From positions 313,562 through 377,561 of the forward strand of contig NW_018405052.1 in assembly GCF_002113885.1 (NCBI RefSeq): 64,000 nucleotides of DNA, given 5' to 3'. Shown here in pieces: positions 41,801 through 53,800 of the stretch. The first letter of the stretch is position 1. Each line of letters starts with the position of its first letter. Made by a program: the position numbers and the translations under genes. Below the pieces are notes generated by a model. That model did not search any database. It saw only the letters and a program-made list of their open reading frames with translations, and was not told the origin of the DNA. This stretch comes from Mizuhopecten yessoensis (taxonomy: Eukaryota).

Positions 41801-44800
41801 CTATCTGTAGAAACTGCCCCAGTGTTTAGCTATATGTAGAAACTGTCGCAGTGTTAGGCTATCTGTAGAAACTGTCGCAGTGTTAGGCTATCTGTAGAAA
41901 CTGTCCTAGTGTTTGGCTATATGTAGAAACTGCCCCAATGTTTGACTATCTGTAGAAACTGTCGCAGTGTTAGGCTATCTGTAGAAACTGTCCTAATGTT
42001 TGGCTATATGTAGAAACTGCCCCAATGTTTGGCTATATGTAGAAACAGCCCCAATGTTTGGCTATCTGTAGAAACTGCACCATTGTTTGACTATCTGTAG
42101 AAACTGCCCCAGTGTTTAGCTATCTGTAGAAACTGCCCCAGTGTTTAGCTAAACGTAGAAACTGTCGCAGTGTTAGGCTATCTGTAGAAACTGCCCCAAT
42201 ATTTGGCTATCTGTAGGAACTGCCCCAATGTTTGGCTATCTGTAGGAACTGCCCCAATGTTTGGCTATCTGTAGAAACTGTTGCAGTGTTAGGCTATCTG
42301 TAGAAACTGCCCCAGTGTTTAGCTATATGTAGAAACTGTCCCAGTGTTTAGCTATATGTAGAAACTGTCGCAGTGGTAGGCTATCTGTAGAAACTGTGTC
42401 AGTGTTAGGCTATCTGTAGAAACTGCCCCAATGTTTGGCTATCTGTAGAAACTGCCCCAGTGTTTAGCTATATGTAGAAACTGCCCCAGTGTTTAGCTAT
42501 ATGTAGAAACTGTCGCAGTGGTAGGCTATCTGTAGAAACTGTGTCAGTGTTAGGCTATATGTAGAAACTGCACCAATGTTTGGCTTTCTGTAGAACTGTT
42601 GCACTAAGGCCACAAGATATATGTATAAGTGCTAAGAATACACCTGCAACAGTGAGTGTATCAGCACATCCCTATAGCAGCTTGACCCGGTGTGGACAAC
42701 ATCAAATGTTGTAACTCCCCTCCTAACATCTTGAGGCAAATTGACGCATGTGAATTGCTGAGGATATCAAGTAAGCTTGGTCACTACTTATACATGAACA
42801 ACACTACTACATGTATCAGTAATATACTGGTGTTAACTATTGACTGTCAGTTTCAGACACTGTCAGTAATGTATAGGTCCATCTTCCATAGTCCTAGTGA
42901 TGTATACAGTGTTAAACATTAGGTACCTTGAGGATGGTAAGTTGAGCTTCAGCATCTTCCCCAACGCCCCCGGGGAGTCCCTTGGGGCCACGCGGTCCCT
43001 ACAAACCACAACGGCCATGCTACAGACATTCACCAGGTCACATGCAACATTCCATACAGATGTAAACATGACATTGGTAGAACGATGGTCTGCACAATAT
43101 TCTCTAACTATTAGATTATGTTCCTGTTGGAAATATTTACAGTTCAAGTAATGTCATACCAACATTAACAAATTACGAAACTATTTACAACAGAAGACTG
43201 TATAAAAGCAGCATGCTGTGGTTGTCGCTAGTCAACACAACCACCTAAGCTTTAATACTAGAAAAAAATCAGAAATTTTCATGAGAAAAAAACCCAATAA
43301 TATTTAAGGCTTAACTTGAATATATTTTTGATGTTATGGAGATATAACACAAAAAAACGGAGTGTACTCTAAATAAACCGTGAATAAAAATAAAAAATAA
43401 AATATTCAAGTCAATCCTTATAATTTAATCTACTATACACAATCCCTGTGGAAATTCACTTTTAATGATTGACTCTTTTCTCTTAGAAATTATTGCGCTG
43501 CTGTATCATCCAATCAAAAGCGATGTTACAAACGGCGACGCCATTTTTTTTACACGTTATCGGCTGATAACATTTTTTTTTGAAGCCAATGAAATATTTG
43601 TTACAAGCAAGATTAAATCATTAGTAGTTGTAAATGAACATATATTACACTCGTTGGTTATTTAGATAAAGAGTGAAAGAGAAGTTTGAGCACGGATACT
43701 AGTGTAATATATCGTAGAATTAGAAAAGAGTAATGCATCGAGTCATAGTACATGTACTAATAGTAGACAAAGACATGCATGTTAATTATAATACTCACCT
43801 TGGATAAAGGTACGCAATCATAGCAATATACTCAGAGACAATGGTACATGTATGTAAGTCAATAGCAACAATAACTACCTGTTAATCACAATACTCACCT
43901 TGGATAAAGGTATGCAAGTTAATACTCACCATTGTGACAAACGTATGTATAATGTAAAAATATCTATTATCGACAATGATATGTAACTCCTAGCAACACT
44001 AACTGCTGACAAAGACATGCAGGTTATAGCAGAACTAAATGTTGATGTTGATTGGTATTACCCACCATTGGTCAGGGAACTGTCGTCCAGTCAAACTTTC
44101 GCCCTAATCTGTATCTGCCCTGTGTTAATTTCACATTTGATTGCCGTGTTCGTTATGCTATTTACCTATGTTCGTTCTCATGATAAATTCACACTGATTA
44201 GGAAGGGTGGAAATGCTTGTGAAATTTAAACAGCAGCATCAACAAAAGTGTGTAACTCATAGCAAAACTTTCACCAAAGACAAAGACATGCAAGGTGATA
44301 GCAATACTCACCATGGACAAAACAGATACCTTTATTGTGTATTGCTTTAAGTCTAACTTCTATATTGTCCAGACATGGTAATCACTCACATCTCCTGCTT
44401 CCATGGAAACCACCAGTATTGACTGATCATGCTCAAACTTGTCACAATGTCAAAAAAAATTGCACAAGCTCAGACGAGGAGAAGTCGTCACCATGCCAAC
44501 CGATACAATCGCACACCATGTTCAGACTAGCATGCCTGACTTAAGGGCCATGTTCAGACTAACATGCCTGACTTAAGGGCCATTTGAGCATGCCTGACTT
44601 AACAATGAGGGGCCATGTTCAGACAAGCATGCCTGACTTAACAATGACAGGCCATGTTCAGACCAGCATGCCTGACTTAACAATGACAGGCCATGTTCAG
44701 ACCAGCATGCCTAACTTAACAATGTGGGGCCATGTTCAGACCAGCATGCCTGACTTAAAAATGACGGGCCATGTTCAGACCAGCATGCCTGACTTAACAA

Positions 44801-47800
44801 TGACAGGCCATGTTCAGACCAGCATGCCTGACTTAACAATGACGGGCCATGTTCAGACCAGCATGCCTGACTTAACAATGACAGGCCATGTTCAGACCAG
44901 CATGCCTGAAATACCAACCTTGATAGTGATCACTTCATACTCTCCTCCCTATCAATGTAAATTTTATTATTTAATCAATTAAAAACCTCAGATGATATTT
45001 ATTAGCATGATCACAACAAAAACTCAACAAAAAGTGATTGAATTTTGATGACCAGGAATTAAAGAAGGGATAGGTAAAGTAAAATTTTTACTCTGTGCCA
45101 AATGAGGGCTGTCTTAGTGATGTTTGTCAAACTCAAACACCCAAAACATTTTTACCAAGAGCCTTTCCTGTGCTTTTGGTCAAAACAAAGTGAAGCATTT
45201 TGACAGTGGTAAACGCTACCAAGTTCCACCCCAATCAAATGGAAACCAAGAGATCCTAGCTGTCCAAGAAAGTATGTGTGAAGTCTACAAAGCAGGGGGT
45301 TACTCAGTTAATAATTATTGCATGAGTTGTGTACACCAGAATTCTATAAAATTTCAATAAAAAAAATATGCAAACAAGACGTGAAAAGATGGACAAATGA
45401 ATGGACAGACAGATGGATTGACAATGCGATACTGTCATCTCAACAGGTAAATAAAAGGGCATGGTTTTACATGACTTATCAGACACAATATTTGTTATAT
45501 AAAAACGGACCATCAGATGTGTGTGGGTGTGAGTCAATCTGATGTAGTGATTTAAAGTTCAAACAAACATAAAATAATTGATCAAATACAAATCAGTACT
45601 TCGTGATGGGAATATAACTGACTGCGGCTCCCACAGGCCTTACCTTGAGTGGTATGATATCTTCATATCCTGTATTTAGGCCCTCATGGAATCGCACAGA
45701 TCGCTTGATTCCCTGGACAAGCACATGCATCACAGGAGAGAGAGAGTCAGTGATATTAAACATAGCTAACATATCTAATAGTTAGTCAGCGAGAGAAGGT
45801 TTCCCAACCACCAATATATTCTGGTTATTAAAGCCCCTTCTACCTTTATTAATAGCAGATACATAACAGTACTAGAACATGATTAGCCAAGTCAAGTGAT
45901 ATACATTATACAAAGTAGAACAGAAAAAATCAAATTAACATAGGATGTTAGGCTCAGTTTACAATCACTACTTTAATTCTTCTTTGAATATCTGAGAATG
46001 TGTCCTTGATAAAGCCAATGGCATGACCTTGAAACAACAGGTAAGGTTTTGACTTTGAAACACAACCTGTGGTCCATCAAATCCTGGTAATCCTTCGCCT
46101 CCCTTGTCTCCCTTGGGGCCTGGTCCTCCCTAAGGAAACCCCAAAAAAATGTAGTGAAAAAACAGTCCATTGTCTCCACCAGTGGTCAAAACGAGAGTAA
46201 GCCAAGAGGTAGATCACTTATACTTTCATTCACAGTATACATGTAAAAATGCCCTCAAAAAGTACCTGCGGATCACATTTGTTCCACTTGTAGACTTATT
46301 TATACACATCAAAACTCCCCAACCTTTGACCCAAAAATTAATGTAGTTCCTACTCTGTACAATAACTATTTTATCTTGTGAATTGTGGAGGTCCTTAGTT
46401 GAGAGAAGTCCAGAGAAACTTTATGTACAAAAGGACAAAATCAACTAGAACACTGACAGGTCAGTAAGGGCCCCGTCTTGTGGCAATATATCCCCCATAA
46501 TCATCAAGAAGCAATCTGCCGATATAGCTGAGCTTGGCGTTTGACATTTGGACTTCAAAAAGAATTGCAAGGAAGCAAAATATACATTTTACATGTACTA
46601 TGATGCGAGTCTTGTTTCCTTCCACTTCCATATTTGCTGGGCTAACAGATATGTAAATACTTGTGCAATACTCATTTGTTAGCTTTGATTTGTTTTATTT
46701 CACCTTATATACCTCCTCCATCAAGAGCCAGGGTCAAAGTCAGAGATCCACTTTATCTTTGACCTTTTGACACAAATAACCTGACCATTAACCCAGTGAC
46801 CCTGATCTTTGGTCAGTTGACATATTCTTTAATTCCAACCAACTTTGCTTCTTAATATCATAACAAAATGTTAATCAGTGAAAAATACAAAACTTGGCCT
46901 TGACCCTTTGGACCCTGTAACCTGGACCTAAGGTCAGTTGACTCTGTGTTAAGTTCTGAACAACATTGCTTCATAATGTCATAACAAAATGTTCATCAGG
47001 GAAAAGGTACAAAAATTAACCTTCACCTTTGACCCAGTGACCTTGACCTTTGGTTATTTGACTCCTTGTTTAATTCTGAGCAACATTGATTCATAATGTC
47101 ATAGAGAAATGTTCACCAGTAAAAAGCTACAAAATGTGACCTCGACTCCTGACCCGATGACCTTGACTTTTGGTCAGTTGACTCCTTGTTTAATTCTGAT
47201 CAACTTTGCTTCATCATGTCATAACAAAATGTTCATCAGTGAAAATATGTAAAATTTGACCTTGACCTTTGAACCTAATGACCTTGACCTATGACCTTGA
47301 CTTTTTACCTCAATGTGTATTTTTGTGAACTGAACATCTTGACCAAGTTTCATGTACATCGGTCAATAAATATCAAAGTTATCAGCCAGGAACAAAATTT
47401 GTGGACGGCCAGACAGACAGACAGACAGACAGACAGGCAGACAGAGTGATTACTATAGGGCACCCGTATCTCCGATACGGGGCCCTAATAAGCTTCCTGC
47501 TCAACTCTTTCATAATTATCTTGTAATAGACAGAAATGTACTGCATTTACACTGTTAATATGACCTTGAACTTTCATTACAATATAAATAGGTTGGAAGA
47601 TACTCTACCTAAAATCTATATAAAATTCCTATACAATGGTTCAACATGACCTTGAGCTCTGACATTTGACCCTAAAATGAATAGAAACTACCAAATGGGT
47701 GGTAAGTTTTAAAGTCCATGATGGAAAATATTTTACTAAAACAATCTGGAAAATGTTTTCACACTTAAGATGACATATGACTTAGACCTTTGCCATTTGC

Positions 47801-50800
47801 TCCCAAAATAAATACAGATCCTTTTCACACTATGTGTAATATTTTACTGTTACAATGGGTGGATAGGAGGAGCACAGTGTTACAATACCTGGTACATACC
47901 TTCTCTCCTTTCAATCCAGGTAAACCAGTAGGGCCCTTCAAAATAAAGTTTCAATGCAATCATCAAAATCTCATTATTGTAATGTGAAGTAACTATCTCA
48001 TTTTTATAATTTTTTCAATCTGTTTCTCATGTTATCTACTACAACATACACAAGTATTCAAAAAAGCCAACTTACAGTGATGTGATTCAAGCTTATTCAT
48101 CAGAAATGAGTATTGTCAGATACATATAATAATTCCTAAGATGTCACAATGTGATGAAGAGTAATTATCAACTGGAACAGATGTATGTAAATAAGAAGAT
48201 ATACCTTTAGGTAGGTACATATCAACTTACTTGAGCACCCTTGCTAATTGGTCCCTGAAATAACAACCAGAATCAATCATTAATAGGTAGAATTTTAATT
48301 AATCTACAGCTGAGAAACACCCTACACCAAATATCTCACCAATCTACACCCCCATCCGGTAAACAATTTCACATGTAGCATCAGCATCTGAACCAAAATC
48401 TTCATTACAGAATAAATCAAAGACACTCAGCTATTTCACAGTAAATCTGTTGGTATGCTGTAATGTAAGTTTGGTGCCCTATCTAATGTATTATTGATAG
48501 CACACATCCCTACCCACATCATCGCCTCAACATCTATATACCTCATACATATCTGATACAATCATCACCTGGCATACAAATAAAAAGTATTTCCCTCACA
48601 TGATCAGTTGGTTATTGATAACTAAACAGTAAATATTCTTGTTTAAATTATTGCCCCCCCCCCCCNTCAGGGTAATAAATGGGAATTTTTTTCTGTCTTC
48701 TGAGTGACTTAACTCATTATATAATTTAATACACAGATTGACTGTGGAGCGATTAGGTAACTTCTACAGAAACACTTAAATTATCAGTTGTAATTTCACA
48801 TGATGGCAATCAACCAAAACTGAGGAACACCGTCACAAACAGTATATTATTTTAAATCATTGTTTAAATAGTATACATTTACGCTATGTAGAAATGTCTG
48901 CTTGGACAAACATGAAATGTAATGATATTGCAGGTAATACTATTTTTCAGCTTGTTTCTATTACAATGTGAATAGCGACTAACAATCTGTGTGCCTCTAT
49001 CAGTATAAGATATTAACATTCTTGGTGAGTGTACCTTATTTTCTAGTGTATAGGGGTATAAACCAGTGGGAGACACACTAGTCTTTGAAAATAGAAATGA
49101 TGAGCAACAACACCTCTTTGGTGGGTCTTTGTTGGAAAACCTCACATTATGAAGCTTTGCTGGAAAAGTTTTAATTCAGTTTAATAACCGCTGGCCTTCA
49201 AAATTGATCTAGGTCATTCATTTGAATTCCACACTTCACATCTTTAGTTAAGCTACAAGCTACCACAGTAATAATCACGGACCTAAGTTTCTTGGTTACT
49301 GAAAAGAAGTTGTTCACATATTTTAAAGACATCTGACCCCTATGACCTCGAATATTTGTCAAAGTAATTCATTTTAGCAAATATCATAGCCCTTCATCCT
49401 TATTGACCAATTATCAAAATGCTAGGCCTCTTGGTTATTCAGAGATCATTTAAATGTTTCAACACATTTGACCCTTGTGACCTTGAAACAAGCCAAAATC
49501 ATTTATTTGAATACAGTTGATAGCCCTTCATCATAACATGTAACTGGCCAAATTATCATCACCCTTGGCCTCTTGGTTATATAGAAGAAGTTGTTTTAAA
49601 AATGACATTGGACAGATAGACAAAGGACGCCACACCACAGCATAAGCTCACTTGGCCATTCAGGCTGACAGGTGAGCTTACAAATACTAGTTCTATCGCT
49701 ATACCCCTAGAACATTGGATCATTAACACATACATCGTAACGTCAGTTTGTGATAGATATATAATATTGATGGCATACCCAGCACCAGCAAACAAGTGGT
49801 ATGATGTGGATGGACACAGGAAGCGAAAAGCAAGGTTAGTAATTTTGGGATCATGCATATGGTAAATTTTGTATTATTGGTCATTAAGAACTGTTGATGT
49901 GGTTACATTAGTAGATCCTATGTTTTAAGACAAATCTCCCAGGCCTTGGCTGAAACAAGCAACAGATGTGACATTCATTATATCAGTTCCAAACCCTGAA
50001 ATAATTATCTCAAATCTCCGGCAGTATGAAACAATCAATTTATCTACAGAGAGGATCAATACTGATCTACAAGGTAGTACCGGTAATGTTTCTTTAATGC
50101 TGTGCAGCATTTCAGAGGAACAAAAAAAAAAGATCTATTCTTTAATATAGACAATACCATGACATACACGTATGACTGTCACACACAATGGTAGTACGAT
50201 ACCAGGACATACAGGTATGACTGTCACACACAATGGTAATACAATACCATGACATACAGGTATGACTGTCACACACAATGGTAATACAATACCAGGACAT
50301 ACATGTATGACTGGAACACACAATGGTAATACAATACCATGACATACAGGTATGACTGTCACACACAATGGTAATACACTACCAGGACATACATGTATGA
50401 CTGTAACACACAATGGTAATACAATCCCATGACATACATGTATGACTGCAACACACAATGGTAGTCCAATACCATGACATACATGTATGACTGTCACACA
50501 CAATGGTAGTACAATACCATGACATACATGTATAATTGTCACACACAATGGTAGTACAATACCATTACATACATGTATAATTGTCACACACAATGGTAGT
50601 ACAATACCATGACATACAGGTATGACTGTCACACACAATGGTAGTACAATACCATGACATACATGTATAACCGTCACACACAATGGTAGTACGATACCAG
50701 GACATACAGGTATGACTGTCACACACAATGGTAGTACAATACCAGGACATACATGTATGACTGTCACACACAATGGTAGTACAATACCAGGACATACAGG

Positions 50801-53800
50801 TATGATTGTCACACACAATGGTAGTACAATACCATGACATACATGTATGACTGTAACACACAATGGTAGTATGATACCAGGACATACATGCATGACTGTA
50901 ACACACAATGGTAGTACAATACCATGACAAGGACAGACAGCAATACGAACGGCACCATGTCATGACAAGAGATATAATGGTGGCACCATTCCCCAACACA
51001 GATGGACAGACATAGCGGTGACATTATGTCACATCATAGATATAATGCGGGTTCCATGCCTTTACCAAGACCATCAGAATCCATCCTAACTTTACAGAAA
51101 TTTAGATCTATGACACCATGCCTTGGCTTTGTAATTTAATACATCTCATACACCAGCCTTCATCAAGCTCATGCACAGAGTAGAAAAGTCAGTAAAGACA
51201 GGACAAAAAAATATACATCAGGATGACCATGCAATAAAGGCATCCAAAACCAAGATGAATTTAGAGGAGGCAGAGACAGGTCAACTGGACATACTGAAAT
51301 AGGGAGTTTAAGGCATTCAAAAGACCAATGACAAACCGGGAATCCAGCGTAACCACGGAAACCCATAGGTCCTCTGCTGCCCTTATATCCCTGGAATGGA
51401 AAGTGCATACACTGTTATCAAGCTACATTGAGGGTGTACAAGGTCATTGTGATGACTTGTAGGTCAAACTCCAACACTAACCACCAGTATAATATTTGTA
51501 TGATTATCTTTGGTCCCAGAATAATTCTAAATCACTTTGTTCTTGTATACTTTATTCAGGAAAATTTTCAAACCAATTAGAGGTCCTATGTGACTTGATT
51601 TCTGGAGAATAAGAAATTACGTTAAGTCTGAAATAAGTTGTTTATACTTTAATTCAGTATGATCATTGAATTGTTTTCTGTGAATCAATTCATGCAGGTA
51701 AGGTACTACCTTGATACCCTTGACGCCCGGATAACCCTGAAATTAACAGAGTAACATTTAATCAGCATGATACTTATATACAGGTAACAGGGATCTTCAC
51801 CGATGTATGTGAGGTTTGGTATAATGATCTACACCAGCTTACACCCTATATAGAATAAGAAAACCATCAGAGGACACTAGGAATCAGCAGTATCAATACC
51901 ACAAGGAAATCACCGCCACAAACTATCAAGTGGATATAACACCATCACAACATTACACCATAAAGATGTGAAGTGACACCATAAAACAACAGATTCCATA
52001 GGGACTGTGACACTCATCATTAACTCATTCCCCCCCCTGAAATTGCACGATGAACTATTCCAAACTTTGAATTGGAAAAGTTTAAATGTGTCTTCTGGGG
52101 TGAATGAGTTTTAAGGTCAAATAAATAAACAACAGAAGAAAGATCATTGGTCAATGTTATCCCAAGTTTTGTCTTTGTTTCACCAATCATTGCAATATTG
52201 CTTCAAAATGTTGTGATTAAATGTATTTCCATAAAAATAAGTTAAATTTAAGCATTTGACCTTCACCTAACAATATGGAGCAAACATCTTCAATACTGCA
52301 TAGCTTCATAATATTATTAAACAATAAAAAATATAATATATAATACGATGTTAAGCTAATTTGACCTTTATTAACGTTCACCATATCCATATGACCTTGA
52401 CTTTTACCTTTATGGCACTTGACATCAGTCCCAACAATATTCAACATTATGCATTGTTTACCATAAAAAGACATTAAAATTGATCTGTATGACATTGACC
52501 TTCCACTATTTGACCTTGACATAGTTACACCATGGAGTACTAGGCATTAATCCCAACAATATGGCTTCATAATCTTATTATCTATAATCACTATTAAGAT
52601 CATTGGAAGTTGAGGTCTATGACACTGACCAAGCACCACAGTGATATTGCACAACTAGGACCCTACAGGAACAAACGTACAAAACTTAAGAAAGATCTAT
52701 TTACTACGTTTTGAGAAATAGCCATAACAAACTTTAACCCTGGTTGCCATATTGTTCTTCACACATAAATAAAAGTTGTAACATAGCTAGCACCCAAGGG
52801 GATCCTGTTTACAACTTTTGAGAATGATCTGTCCAGCCAAAGAAATACCCACATAGTAATAACAAGAATTGTTCACCAACAAATGAACCATGAATGAAAG
52901 GCAATTTGAAAAGCCAACCATCTAATCTAACTATAACATGAACGATTAAATAAACCATGGTATGAAACCATAAAATAAACCATAAAGCACCAACAAAGTT
53001 GATTACAAATACACAGGGACGTACACAATTTGACACCATCGCCTACAACATGTGTGGGTATAAAGGAAGCAGTCGCCTGTGGCATAAACGGTTTCTAGGG
53101 AAAAGATAAAGAATTATACAGATTTGTTATTTTTCTGACACAAAACTTTAAATGTTTTCAATGAAAGGAAATACTTAACCTCTTAAGTAGTTAATTACTA
53201 CTTGCCAAGATATTACACAAGATCATATGACAATACCATATTTCATAGACACAAGCAAACCTATTGAATTGCAGACTCTTAATGAAGATCCTAGCGAGCT
53301 ACATTTGTATACTTCTCCCAGTAATTGAGTTTGACTGCCAAAGAAAGAAAAAAAAAACACTTACAAGTGCCTGAAGTCAGATTTAATGAACTTGTAACTT
53401 TGTAAAACATGTTCCATCATTTCTGAGATTGTTTTTTATTTTTTCAGTCTTACAGCCCTTTGTAACAAACAGAAATGTCATTTTGGTATGTAGAGAGGTG
53501 TTGGAAACAGCAGCCATACTTACATCTATACAGGCCAGACTGGCGCCCCTAAAGGCCCCTAGTTACCACAATAGAAAACACCAATTATGTCTCCCTGAAA
53601 CACTGTTTCCAGGAAGCTCTTACTTCAAAGATACATTTTTCAATAAGTTGGAAAGAATGGAATATCAAGTTCTAGCCATTTTCTTACAATAACGGTCGAA
53701 ACTTTCTTACGGTAACGGTCGTTAGACAAACATAAGGAAGAACAGCCCAGTTTGAAACAAACCTATCAAGTATAGACTGTTAGTCTCAGTTTCCCAAATG

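Noticed and set aside
43790-44312. Four copies of a consensus donor (aatactcacc = ggtgagtatt)
   Set aside because: No matching acceptor or meaningful reading frame; it looks like a decayed local repeat.
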